From an uncultured Acidimicrobiales bacterium (GTDB taxonomy: Bacteria > Actinomycetota > Acidimicrobiia > Acidimicrobiales > UBA10347): a stretch of DNA of 64,000 bases. Below are positions 42,820 to 52,642 of this stretch, one piece after another. How positions within the stretch are numbered: the first letter of the stretch is position 1; every line of letters begins with the position of its first letter. Both the position numbers and the translations under genes were made by a program. Below the pieces are notes generated by a model. It worked only from the letters and a program-made list of their open reading frames with translations. It had not been told where the DNA came from and searched no databases. The DNA is taken from the NCBI GenBank assembly GCA_943788915.1, contig CALSSD010000003.1, forward strand, positions 136,663 through 200,662. Reading direction: 5' to 3'.

Positions 42820-43014
42820 CTAGTTGCGTTTATCCAACTGCTTAACCAACACCTTGGCGACGAGCCGAGGCATGCTGTTGGATACGAGATGGTCCACAGC
42901 GGCGTCTTGGGTGTGACCTTGGGAAATCATGTCCATAGCTTGGCTGAGCGCGGCCTTGTGTTCCGGAGTGAGACCTGATGGTCCAGCGTTAGCAGCCGCA
43001 TCATTGGAACTCAT
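42820..43014 (-). CDS. Small hypothetical protein (about 64 aa)
   Basis: Helical-looking ORF between the selenoprotein and SDR, same strand. Confidence 0.5.
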   Translation of the reverse strand: MSSNDAAANAGPSGLTPEHKAALSQAMDMISQGHTQDAAVDHLVSNSMPRLVAKVLVKQLDKRN

Positions 43015-43172
43015 GGACTCAGGACTCGGAAACTTCATGCACGTAGTTTCGGCACTCCACAGTCCTAATTGAGCGCACTTGTCCAATAAGTGACAGTTGC
43101 GTTGCAAAAGTGGTCCGTTTGAGCCAGTAGACGCGACGTTCGGTTCGGACCCGTGGGCTTGAGATGCGAGAG

Positions 43173-44327
43173 CTACCGGTGCCCCGGCACCATATAGAAC
43201 CACACAGGAAAGGGAGCGTCCTGCTCCTTGATGGCGGCGCGAGCAGCCAACACTGCTCGGCCAGCTTCGGTAGACTCAAAATACCAGGCCTCGGCGGCGC
43301 GCCCATCGGGAACAGGGCCGTCGACCAACTCCAGAGCGGCCTCTTCGTAGTACGTACGGATGTCGTGACATACACCAATCGTTGTGCCACCAGGAATGTT
43401 CGCTTCTTTCCAGTGGGTGCCATTCGCGATATCAACCAACACCTGGAGGGCACCCGGCACGCCATCGGCATCGACCACTCGCCCAACCGAAGTCACGCCG
43501 GTGCGTTCTCGTGCGCGGTCGTATGCCTTCCGAATGCCGTTCGCTTCGTCGACGGCAGCTGGGAGGCTGGGGTCGAACCGTGGTGGCAACGAACATGACA
43601 GGGGCGTTTCGTCGGCCTCGATAATTTCGGGATGACTCGCAAGCACTGGTCCGGTTTCGGCCGCGAGCAGGGCAAAGGCCCGAGAGAGAACGCCGTGCTG
43701 GAAGTCGCTGTCACTTGGCTTGCCTAGCGGACGGCCCAAGGGGAAGTCGCAGAACAACGCTCGGGGCGGATGCATACGTTCCACAACAGATTGGGTTGCG
43801 GCCAGCACCACGGTAGCGATTCCGGCTGCTTCGAAGACGTGGGCGAGCGTACTCACGGTACGCGTGCACAACGGTCAAACCGGTGTCAGCAGGACAACGT
43901 CGACGCCATCGGCCTTGAGCTCTGCTGCCGCTTGTGGACCGGAGTCGAGCCGGATCGTAGCGACGTCGTCTGGCTGGTTCCCGGCGAACGAAGCATGGCG
44001 GGGAGCGACCGCACCAATCGTGCCATCGGCTGCGAGTTCGTCGAGGCGGTCGATGGGATACACCACGTTCAGATCAATGGCGATGCCCGAGCGATCGAAG
44101 TTCGGACTCCAGTGCCCAAGCACCAGATCTCGGGCGTCGCTTGGCAACAGGCGATAACCAGTGTCGCCGGGCGCGAAGCCATCGTCGCTGCTGCGATGGA
44201 GCGCCGCCGAGGTAACGATGGCAACCGTGCACTCGGACAACGGCTTGGGTGTGACCCATGCCGTGGTCTCAAACTCGGGCACCGGCAAGCCGTCGCCTAC
44301 GCCTCGCATCATCACATCGCCAGCCAT
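43173..44327 (-). CDS. GrdB/PrdB-like (glycine/sarcosine/betaine/D-proline reductase B family) selenoprotein, Sec151
   Basis: Two ORF-track ORFs are in frame across TGA 43877-43875, giving VLLTPV-U-PLC-TRTV; VAIVTSAALH, DLNVVYPIDRL, FEAAGIATV, PPRALFCDFPLGRPLG; GAGAGG SD before ATG 44327. Confidence 0.88.
43847..43863 (-). promoter_or_regulatory. Putative bacterial SECIS element
   Basis: GCGUAC-CGUGA-GUACGC perfect 6-bp hairpin starting 11 nt after the UGA. Confidence 0.7.
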
Positions 44328-44443
44328 GGAGCAACCTCTCGTCGGTGTAGACCTAGCAAAACAGTGGGCCACGTAGAACATATGCCAGCTGGCGTGGCCG
44401 TTCGCAATTCCTCGACGAGAACAGGTCAACTAACCTGCGCTTC

Positions 44444-45433
44444 ATGGAACTCGCGCTGATCGATTTCGAGGCACCGCTCGAACAACAGGCGGCAATGATG
44501 GCCAGTGCCTGTGAAACCGTCGGCTTCTTCCAGCTGCCACTCTCGGTCGTTCCTCGCCACATCGTCGATGACGCATGGACGGCCGCGGCCGCGTTCTTCG
44601 CTCTGCCTGAGGAAGAAAAACGCCAGATCGAGTTTCCTGAGCAGGGATATCCCTACGGCTATTCCCCGTTCCGGTTCGAGACACTGGCCAAGTCCCTCGA
44701 CGACGGGTCACCGAGTGGGCCCGACTTGAAGGAGTCGCTCTCGGTTGGACCTGATTGCGGACACCCTTCCGGGGGTGCTGACAGCGCCGAAAGTAACTCT
44801 GAAAGCAGCGACCCCAAAAGCAGTGAACAGGCATGGATTCGTTCACCCAGTCTGTGGCCGGAGCGACCAGCCGGACTGCGTGCCGCCTGGACTGCCTACT
44901 ACCAGGCACTCGCTCAGGTAGCGGAACAGCTGATGACGGTGATGGCGGTCGCGCTCGACCTCACACCTACCTACTTCGACTCGCTCATCGACCAGCCCAT
45001 CACCTCGATGCGCGCTCTCCACTACCCAGCGATCAACTCCGCTGACGATGCGGTTGACTCCAACTCACTTCGTGCCGGAGCCCACAGCGACTACGGCACG
45101 CTCACGATTCTTCGCACCGACGACGTGAGCGGCCTGCAGATCCAACAGCCAGACGGCACATGGAACGACATCACACCCCGTGCCGACACCTTCGTTGTGA
45201 ACCTGGGCGACTCCATAGCGCAGTGGACCAACGACCGATGGCGATCGACCGTGCACCGGGTTGCTGTTACCGATACGGCGCCCCGGCAGTCGTTTGCGTT
45301 CTTCCATATGGCCAACTGGGATGCCAGCATCGAGTGCCTGCCTACGTGTCGGGTCGACGGCGAGCCGCCCCACCATGAACCGGTCCAAGCCGGCCCCTGG
45401 CTTATGCGCAAATTTACATCAACGGTGACCTGA
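44444..45433 (+). CDS. Isopenicillin N synthase family Fe(II)/2OG dioxygenase
   Basis: ACETVGFF, DLKES, HSDYGTLT, VNLGD, WTNDRWRSTVHRV, RQS. Confidence 0.93.
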   Translation: MELALIDFEAPLEQQAAMMASACETVGFFQLPLSVVPRHIVDDAWTAAAAFFALPEEEKRQIEFPEQGYPYGYSPFRFETLAKSLDDGSPSGPDLKESLSVGPDCGHPSGGADSAESNSESSDPKSSEQAWIRSPSLWPERPAGLRAAWTAYYQALAQVAEQLMTVMAVALDLTPTYFDSLIDQPITSMRALHYPAINSADDAVDSNSLRAGAHSDYGTLTILRTDDVSGLQIQQPDGTWNDITPRADTFVVNLGDSIAQWTNDRWRSTVHRVAVTDTAPRQSFAFFHMANWDASIECLPTCRVDGEPPHHEPVQAGPWLMRKFTSTVT

Positions 45434-45493
45434 CACTGATGGCTGTGCTACTCATGCCAGGCGCAGCACTGTGCAGAAAGATCGAGGAATCCC

Positions 45494-45883
45494 ATGGTTT
45501 ACGCACCTGTGGATCGGGCCTATTACGACGCCGGCAGCCACATCATGGAACTGTCGGACTTCCTCACCTCCTATGCCGATCCCAGCCTCCGAGACCAGAC
45601 ACCGCTCGTGAACTACGACGTTTCACTCGTCACGAACGAAGAGGTGGCCGAGATCATCGGCCAAGGCGACCAGCACTCTGACGACCACCGTGATCAACAG
45701 ATTGCGCTTGGCGACGAATTGATCGCCCCGTCGAAAGAGATCCAGGCACTCGGCGAGTTCAACGCCACGGACTGCGCTGTTGCCATGGACATGCTTGGTT
45801 TCAAGAAGCAGCTCGTGTTCACCACCCACAGCGTGGTGCTCCCCTTTCGCCCCAGTTCCAAGACTGACCCGATTCCATCGTGA
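45494..45883 (+). pseudogene. Truncated amidohydrolase-2 family gene
   Basis: YYDAGSHIME resembles the DADSHxxE start and MDMLGFKKQLVF follows, but it ends at 129 aa, too short for a TIM barrel. Confidence 0.65.
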
Positions 45884-45893
45884 GACCTTCCTG

Positions 45894-45940
45894 CGTCTCT
45901 TTCCCGAAGCTCGCGTCGACTGATGTTTTCGGGAGAGACG
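45894..45940. repeat. Imperfect inverted repeat
   Basis: cgtctctttcccgaa ... ttcgggagagacg. Confidence 0.6.
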
Positions 45941-46003
45941 GGAGAGAACAGCCAAAACCCAACCCACGAGACCAAAAACACGTGAGATCGTAGAACTGGC
46001 GTC

Positions 46004-47731
46004 ATGAGCACTTCAGCACCGACAACCCCTAGCGCTTCGGACCGAACCGTCGAAGCCGCCGTTGCCTCCGCATCGGAGATGGCTATCGGTTCGACGAAGA
46101 TGACCACAGTCGGTGAACGCCGGGTCGTGGTCATACGCACCGCCAGCGGTTTTCATGCCCTGGACAATGCTTGTCCCCATCAGGGGTATGGCCTGGCTAC
46201 CGGCTCGCTCGACGGCGAGTTGCTCACTTGCCAGTGGCACAACTGGAAGTTCCGGGCGTCCGACGGTACCTGTGTCATCGGCGAAGAGAACGTGGCAAGT
46301 CATCAGGTGCGCGTCGACGGCGACGCCGTGATCGTGTCGGTGACCGAACCCACCACAGAAGAAAAACTGACGGCGCTGTGGCCGAGTCTGCAACGAGGGA
46401 TTGAGCGCGACTACCGAGGTCAAATTGCGCGGGACACAGCCCGCCTGCTCGACGCTGGGGCATCACCCGAAGACATCCTGACTGTTGGTCTCCGCCACGG
46501 ACTGCCTCGCAGCGAATGGGGTATGGGGCATGACATGGCCGTGGCGACCGACCTGTTGCATCTTGCAGACCGCTTCGACGACATCGAGAAGACGCTCCCA
46601 CTCGCCCACGCACTCAGCGGCTTCTCCGAATCCACCCGCGACCGTGTACCCCACCACGTGCCAGCTCGAGTCGATGCCCCCGTTGACCAGGCAGCGTTCA
46701 TCGATGCGATCGAGGCCGAAGACGTAGATGGAGCGGTGAACACCATCCGGGCGCTGCTCGCTTCTGATGACCTCGGCGCTGTCTTGGCCACGGCTCGCTC
46801 GTGGTTCATCGACGCTGTCAGTCGCCATCACTACAACTACGGCCACGGTGCGATCTACACCCAGAAGGCGTTCACGTTGATCGAACGAGTGCCCCAGGTG
46901 GCCGAACTGGTATTGACCGAGCTGGCGATGACACTTGTGTACGGCACCCGAGAGGACACGCTGCCGTACATGCGCAAGGCGAACCGGGCTATCGACGGCG
47001 TCGACCTCTACGTTCTTGCCGCAGCACCTGGGCCAGCGACAACCGGCTGGAACGATGCCGACAACTCCCTGGTCGATCTGTTACTCGACGCCGACCACGC
47101 ACCCATTGACGAACTGGTCAACGCTGCGCTCAACGGCGCGGGTGTCCTTGGCCTGATCAACACCGTCAGCCTGGCGGCTGCCCATCGGTTGCTGAGGTTC
47201 GACCTCACGATCGAACGCGATCGGCACGAAGAGTTCGGCTGGCTCGACATCACCCATGTGATGACGTATGCCAATGCTGCCCGGTGGGCTTGGACTTATG
47301 CCCCTGGGCCACGTGCCGCCCGATTGGTGCTGCTCACGGCGTTCCTGGCATTCGATTCTGGGCGCGGCGAACGACGGATCCGCAGGCACGACACCGTCGT
47401 GCCTGCGCCTGTGGCCGGTGACATCGTCGCTGCGGTGATCGAATCACGACCCGAAGATGCTGTTGCAGCAGCATTGGCTGGTCCCGCGGCAGCGGTGGCT
47501 GATCAGCTGGAGCTGGCAAGTCTCGAAGATACGGCCGGGTCATTCATCGTGATGGCTCATCTGGTCAAGACAGCAGTTGCTGCACGCGACGAATCAGAAG
47601 CTACCGGCTCGCTCTTGCCGCTCGCAGCTGCTGCGAGGTTTCTGGCAGCCCCCCGGATTGAACGGTTTGTCACCGGTGCCGCACACGAAGCCATCGACTT
47701 CGTGCGCACCGGGCAACCCCCGACCCGCTGA
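46004..47731 (+). CDS. Rieske [2Fe-2S] protein with large helical His-containing C-terminal region
   Basis: CPHQG...CQWHNWKF Rieske ligands; about 450 aa helical extension. Confidence 0.85.
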   Translation: MSTSAPTTPSASDRTVEAAVASASEMAIGSTKMTTVGERRVVVIRTASGFHALDNACPHQGYGLATGSLDGELLTCQWHNWKFRASDGTCVIGEENVASHQVRVDGDAVIVSVTEPTTEEKLTALWPSLQRGIERDYRGQIARDTARLLDAGASPEDILTVGLRHGLPRSEWGMGHDMAVATDLLHLADRFDDIEKTLPLAHALSGFSESTRDRVPHHVPARVDAPVDQAAFIDAIEAEDVDGAVNTIRALLASDDLGAVLATARSWFIDAVSRHHYNYGHGAIYTQKAFTLIERVPQVAELVLTELAMTLVYGTREDTLPYMRKANRAIDGVDLYVLAAAPGPATTGWNDADNSLVDLLLDADHAPIDELVNAALNGAGVLGLINTVSLAAAHRLLRFDLTIERDRHEEFGWLDITHVMTYANAARWAWTYAPGPRAARLVLLTAFLAFDSGRGERRIRRHDTVVPAPVAGDIVAAVIESRPEDAVAAALAGPAAAVADQLELASLEDTAGSFIVMAHLVKTAVAARDESEATGSLLPLAAAARFLAAPRIERFVTGAAHEAIDFVRTGQPPTR

Positions 47732-47763
47732 GCCGATCAGCAGCCCAGCACTCCGCTACCGGG

Positions 47764-48285
47764 CTAGATCTCGACCGCCAGGCATTCTTCGAGTTCGGTG
47801 TCGAACGCATCGTCTGCGGTCGATTCGAACAACATGCCGTCGAATCGTTTCATCTCCCGGCAAAAGCGCTCCCGCTTAATGTCGTGAAGCAGCAGAAACA
47901 ACAGGTTCTCGCCCGGCAAGATCCGTTCGCCCATGTCCTTCATATGCTCGTCGTCGACACCGATATCGCGCAGCTTGCCCCACAGTCCGCCAGCTGCTGC
48001 GCCGAGTGCGCCGCCAGCGAGCATGCCGATGGGGCCGCCAATGATGCCGATCAGGCTGCCGTAGAGGCCACCTGAAGTCGCACCCTGACCAGCGTTGACG
48101 TCCTTGCTTTGGCGCAACCGAATCTTGCCATTGCTGTCTTTATCAACGATCGCCGCATCCTCGATGCGGATCACTTCGTCACCAGCAATTCGCAGCATCG
48201 CCATCAGGCACTCTTGGGCCTTGAGCGGATGATCGAATCGGATCGCGAACATCGTCGCGTTAGTTTCGGTTGGGTCTTCAGCCAT
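47764..48285 (-). CDS. DUF1269 family membrane protein
   Basis: IEDAAIVDKD..GKIRL, glycine zipper, DIGVDDEHMK. Confidence 0.85.
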   Translation of the reverse strand: MAEDPTETNATMFAIRFDHPLKAQECLMAMLRIAGDEVIRIEDAAIVDKDSNGKIRLRQSKDVNAGQGATSGGLYGSLIGIIGGPIGMLAGGALGAAAGGLWGKLRDIGVDDEHMKDMGERILPGENLLFLLLHDIKRERFCREMKRFDGMLFESTADDAFDTELEECLAVEI

Positions 48286-48332
48286 CCGGTCACCCTAGAA
48301 GATGTGGCCTCGCAGGCGACGCTATGCGAGAA

Positions 48333-50456
48333 CTAACCGTCGAGCGGGATGGTGATCGGCCCACCGGTGAGTTGTGTGCCGCTAACCAGCACCTCACTAT
48401 CGCCAACAGCAACCGACCCTGACCATGCCTCCTCGGTGCTCGTCCACACAGACCTCCACGAAACTCCATCCGGCGAAAACAACACCTGGGCCTTCACCCG
48501 AGATGTGCCAAGGGACTCCGGACGAGCCTGGTCGATGTCTTCTTGGGTGACCTCGACGAGCACCGATCCGGTTCTCGGGTCAACCAACACGATCGTGCCA
48601 TCGTCGTCGACCTGGGCCCATTCGCTGTCGGTCACAAACCGCAGCGTGGTTGACGTTTCTGTCGATTGTGCGGTGATCGTTGCTGTTTCCGGCAACTGGG
48701 AAACGATCCACTCGCCGGCGACAACGGCCCAACCAGGAATGCTGCCGGTGCGCTCCCACGGCCGTGACGTGGTCACAAACAACGCCCAGCCTGCGGGCCC
48801 TGATGCCAGATCGGGCTGGCTCCACACGCCGGCTGGCTCTACCTTGAGTGGAATCGACCCGGCTGCGCCTAGGCCCGATGGCGACACCACCTGAGAACGC
48901 CATCCGGTCGCATCAGGTTCGATCACCAGAGCACCAGTGCCTTCGCTGTCACCACCTTCGATCAACACGAACCGGTTGGCTGCCGCTGAGCTGGTTGCAC
49001 GTTGCCATGCCTCGCCGTCGGTTGATACCCACACGTGCCCCAGATTCGAATCGACCACCGCAAACCCTCCGGCGAAACCCACGATGCTGCGAGCAACGGC
49101 ATCGACCGGCAGCTGGATCTCCACAAATGGGCCGGTCCCGGTGGCCCGGAAATAGGTTGTGCCAGCCAACTCATCACCGTCGGGTGTTGCGATCACGATC
49201 GTCTTGCCGTCGCAGAGAAAATACTCGCGTCGCAACGGCGTGGCGGATTCGACGCAGACTTGGTCGGCCCTGAGGTCGAATGAGCGATAGTCGAGTTGGT
49301 CGCTTCCTTCTAGGGCTACCAACACGTGGCCACCGGACGCAGCGTTCGCCACGACGTCGAAGCGGCTCCGAAGGCCTTCGACTCGACGTGGTTCATCGAC
49401 ATCGATTTGGCGGACGTTCCAGTTGCGAAGGTCATCAGATGTCGCCACAAACGGAGGCACGAATGCGTCGTATCTGGATGGTGTTTCGATCACCGTCACG
49501 TAACGGCCGCCTGTGCGCTCGAACGAAGACACGTCGGCCCGCAAGTCGATGGCCCGAGAGTTCCACGTGGTTAACTTGATCCACTCTGTGCCATCTTTGG
49601 ATCCCACAAAACGTGACGCGCCGCTGGTGTTCAACGCGACAAAGGCACCCTGGCCGTCGCTGACCGGCCCGAACCATTTCGCCGAAGTGCTCGGGCCCTC
49701 GACGACTTCGGGCGTGGCTGCAACCTGGACTCGGTCCCCTGCTTGAAATAGCGCGCCCCCGGTCACGATGAGTGTCGCTGCTGCCAGACCGGCGGCAATA
49801 CGGTTACCGACCGTGCGGCGACGGCCGCGCCGACGCACCACCGCCATCGCTGGTGGAGCGGGTTGGTCGCGCTCGCTCAACTCTCGTAGATGCGACCGCA
49901 CCAGCGGGATGACCTCGGCCTCGTCCAACTGGAGATGATGGCCGATGAATGAGATCGCCCGTTCGCGTCGTGTCTGCACGGTCGATAGTGGGGTCTCGAA
50001 TCCAGCAGCGGTGAATGCATCGGACCATTCCAGGTAATACCCAGTGACCAGTGCTGCCCGTTGCAGCAACGGCAGTGTCGCGAATGCGAGGTCGAGCGAC
50101 AGTCCCCGTTCATAACCACCGGTAGCTCGGTTTATACCTGCGGGGGCATGATCACGCAGTGCCTTCTCGGCCTGTGCAAGGCCCGCTTGGACCACCCAAC
50201 CGGCCGGATTCGGATGGTTTACGAGATGGTTCCAACGCTGCGATGACTTGGTCAACGCTGTGGTGACCGCAGCATCCGTGACCTCAGAATCGGTGCAGGA
50301 CAAGGTCAACGCTGCAACCACAACATCAACCTTGGCGGTGTAGAACTCTTCGAAGTCGGCGGGCGCTGGCTCCACCGGCTGTGGTGACGCGTCGAGTGAG
50401 ATGTCGAAGGCCACAGACTCCAGTCTCGCGCCAATAGCAACTATCTGCGGTGTCAA
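48333..50456 (-). CDS. ECF-sigma-like N-terminus fused to TM and large extracytoplasmic beta-rich domain
   Basis: FEEFY, RWNH..NPAGWV, LPLLQRAALV..YY, TVQTRRERA; VRRRGRRR plus TM; SxDG/SDDL Asp-box-like repeats; start uncertain. Confidence 0.7.
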   Translation of the reverse strand: MTPQIVAIGARLESVAFDISLDASPQPVEPAPADFEEFYTAKVDVVVAALTLSCTDSEVTDAAVTTALTKSSQRWNHLVNHPNPAGWVVQAGLAQAEKALRDHAPAGINRATGGYERGLSLDLAFATLPLLQRAALVTGYYLEWSDAFTAAGFETPLSTVQTRRERAISFIGHHLQLDEAEVIPLVRSHLRELSERDQPAPPAMAVVRRRGRRRTVGNRIAAGLAAATLIVTGGALFQAGDRVQVAATPEVVEGPSTSAKWFGPVSDGQGAFVALNTSGASRFVGSKDGTEWIKLTTWNSRAIDLRADVSSFERTGGRYVTVIETPSRYDAFVPPFVATSDDLRNWNVRQIDVDEPRRVEGLRSRFDVVANAASGGHVLVALEGSDQLDYRSFDLRADQVCVESATPLRREYFLCDGKTIVIATPDGDELAGTTYFRATGTGPFVEIQLPVDAVARSIVGFAGGFAVVDSNLGHVWVSTDGEAWQRATSSAAANRFVLIEGGDSEGTGALVIEPDATGWRSQVVSPSGLGAAGSIPLKVEPAGVWSQPDLASGPAGWALFVTTSRPWERTGSIPGWAVVAGEWIVSQLPETATITAQSTETSTTLRFVTDSEWAQVDDDGTIVLVDPRTGSVLVEVTQEDIDQARPESLGTSRVKAQVLFSPDGVSWRSVWTSTEEAWSGSVAVGDSEVLVSGTQLTGGPITIPLDG

Positions 50457-50490
50457 GGCCTGGGTCGTCTTCGTCCGCTAGTTTCACACG

Positions 50491-51276
50491 ATGGATTTGA
50501 CGAAGTTGTTTGATGTGTCCGGCAAGGTTGCGATCGTGACAGGCGGCTCCCGAGGTATCGGCGAGATGATTGCCGAAGGTCTCGTGACGAACGGTGTTCG
50601 CACCTATATCACTGCTCGCAAGGCCGATGCCTGCAACGCGACGGCTGCTCGACTCAGCGAACTCGGCGAATGTATTTCGATTCCGGCAGACATGTCCTCC
50701 GCCGAGGGCCTTGCCGCGTTCGTCGAGGCATTCCGTGAGCGGGAAGACAAGCTGCACATCCTCGTCAACAACGCAGGCGCTGCGTGGGGTGCCCCGATGG
50801 GCGAGTTCCCTGAAGCCGGTTTCGACAAGGTGCTCGATATCAATGTCAAGGCGCCGTACATGTTGACCCAGGCGCTGCTCGATCCGCTGAGCGCTGCCGC
50901 AACCGCCGACGACCCGGGACGAGTGATTATGACCGGCTCGATCGATGGCATCCAGGTGCCGATGGGCGACAACTTCTCGTACTCAGCATCGAAGGCTGCA
51001 ATCCATATGCTCGCCAGGCACATGGCCAAGTTCCTTGCCGACCGGAACATCACGGTCAATTGCATAGCGCCGGGACCTTTTGAGTCGAAGATGATGGCGT
51101 ACGTGCTCGAAGACGAGAAGATGCGGGCCTCGATCGAAGGAACCAACCCTCGAGGGCGTATCGGCACTCCTGAAGATGTTGCTGGCACGGTGATCTGGCT
51201 TTCGAGTCGAGCGGGCGCTTACATCAACGGCGTCACTGTGCCAATCGACGGTGGTATCTCCATGGTCAACTCTTAA
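50491..51276 (+). CDS. Short-chain dehydrogenase/reductase (RhlG-like)
   Basis: TGGSRGIG, NNAG, YSASK, IAPGPF. Confidence 0.95.
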   Translation: MDLTKLFDVSGKVAIVTGGSRGIGEMIAEGLVTNGVRTYITARKADACNATAARLSELGECISIPADMSSAEGLAAFVEAFREREDKLHILVNNAGAAWGAPMGEFPEAGFDKVLDINVKAPYMLTQALLDPLSAAATADDPGRVIMTGSIDGIQVPMGDNFSYSASKAAIHMLARHMAKFLADRNITVNCIAPGPFESKMMAYVLEDEKMRASIEGTNPRGRIGTPEDVAGTVIWLSSRAGAYINGVTVPIDGGISMVNS

Positions 51277-51341
51277 CGCCCGCTCGCTGCGAGCCACGTC
51301 GGTACTTGGTGATCGAGGCGTGATGCACCTACGGTGCGCCT

Positions 51342-51794
51342 ATGCCTTGGGAACACAGTGAAACCGTCGAAATCGCCGCCTCAGCTACGGAGGTCTACAA
51401 CGCCGTTCGCGATCTCGAGCGCATGGGTGAGTGGAGTCCAGAAAACCAGGGCGGCAGCTGGATAGTTGGCGACGGACAGTCGGTCGGTGACCGTTTCGAA
51501 GGAAACAACGCCATCGGTGACCGCACATGGAGTGCCGTTGCCGAAGTCGTGCGTTGTGATCAGGATCAGTCGTTCTGTTTCACTGTGGGTGCGCTGGACA
51601 ACCCCGTGGCCGAATGGGGTTATCACCTCGAGGCCACCGCAGCCGGTACACGAGTCACGGAAACATGGAAGATGACCCAGTTGCCCCCCACCCTCGTCGA
51701 TGCCCCAGAGGACCGGGTTCAGGGCCGAGTCGACATGGTCTCTCGAGGCATGGCCACCACCTTGGCCAACCTCAAAGCGTCGTTCGAAGGCTGA
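51342..51794 (+). CDS. SRPBCC family protein
   Basis: DLERMGEWSPE, VGDRFEG.N, WGYHLE..GTRVTETW. Confidence 0.9.
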   Translation: MPWEHSETVEIAASATEVYNAVRDLERMGEWSPENQGGSWIVGDGQSVGDRFEGNNAIGDRTWSAVAEVVRCDQDQSFCFTVGALDNPVAEWGYHLEATAAGTRVTETWKMTQLPPTLVDAPEDRVQGRVDMVSRGMATTLANLKASFEG

Positions 51795-51814
51795 GTCCAA
51801 CCTCTGCTTGTCTG

Positions 51815-52642
51815 CTAGTTCTTTGCGAGTCGGCCCCGCAAGGCCAGCATTGCCATCGTTTGGCTAATGGTGCCCAGGATGGCGATGGCCAAGAGTGCCT
51901 TGCCAATCTCACCCCACTGCCATCCTTCGGAGAGAAGCGATCGCATGCCTTCGAGCACATAGGTGATCGGGTTTACCCGAGCGATCGCTCGCATCCACGG
52001 CGTGAGGTTCTCGAGCGGCACGGTCGACGAGGTCAGGAATGCAAAGGGGAAGAACAGCAGGAAGCTGGACGCAACAGCGCCCGGGTTCGCCGTCTTCAGA
52101 GCGATGGCGTAGGGGAAGCCGGTGAACGCCAGACCCCATAATGCACCAATAAGGATGAACAGCAGCACGCCGAGCACGCCGGTGCCGAACGAGACACCAA
52201 CGAAGAGTCCCAGGACCATCACCGGGATACACAACGCGATTACCAGCATGAAGTCCGAAACCATCAACCCCAACAGCAAGGGCAGCCGTCGGACCGGGCT
52301 CAGCAACAGCCGGTCGAAGTAGCCCGTCTGGATGTCGGTCACCAATGCGGTGGCTCGACTTATGCCAGTTACTGCGAAGATAATTGCGGTAGGGAGCTGG
52401 AAGTTCTTGTAGCTGAAATCGCCTGCCCCTGGGATGGCTTCGGTGAGGTCCTGGAGTGCCCCAACATTGACCGTAAAAAAGAACGCAGGTATAAACAGCG
52501 CTGGCAGGAAGGCTTCGGGTTCGCGAGGAACAGCGCGGATCGCTCGCATTGCGATTGTCCACAGGTCGCGGAAGAAACCAGACGGCCGAGCCTGAACGTT
52601 TGATCGAGCGGCAGCGCTTCGGGTCGGGTCGGTCACCGTCAT
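51815..52642 (-). CDS. ABC-2 type exporter permease (DrrB-like)
   Basis: Six TM; DIQTGYFDRLLLSP; NPITY. Confidence 0.92.
   Translation of the reverse strand: MTVTDPTRSAAARSNVQARPSGFFRDLWTIAMRAIRAVPREPEAFLPALFIPAFFFTVNVGALQDLTEAIPGAGDFSYKNFQLPTAIIFAVTGISRATALVTDIQTGYFDRLLLSPVRRLPLLLGLMVSDFMLVIALCIPVMVLGLFVGVSFGTGVLGVLLFILIGALWGLAFTGFPYAIALKTANPGAVASSFLLFFPFAFLTSSTVPLENLTPWMRAIARVNPITYVLEGMRSLLSEGWQWGEIGKALLAIAILGTISQTMAMLALRGRLAKN

Noticed and set aside
43173..44429. Two separate genes or a nonsense pseudogene
   Set aside because: The in-frame TGA falls at the UxxC position and is followed by a SECIS-like hairpin
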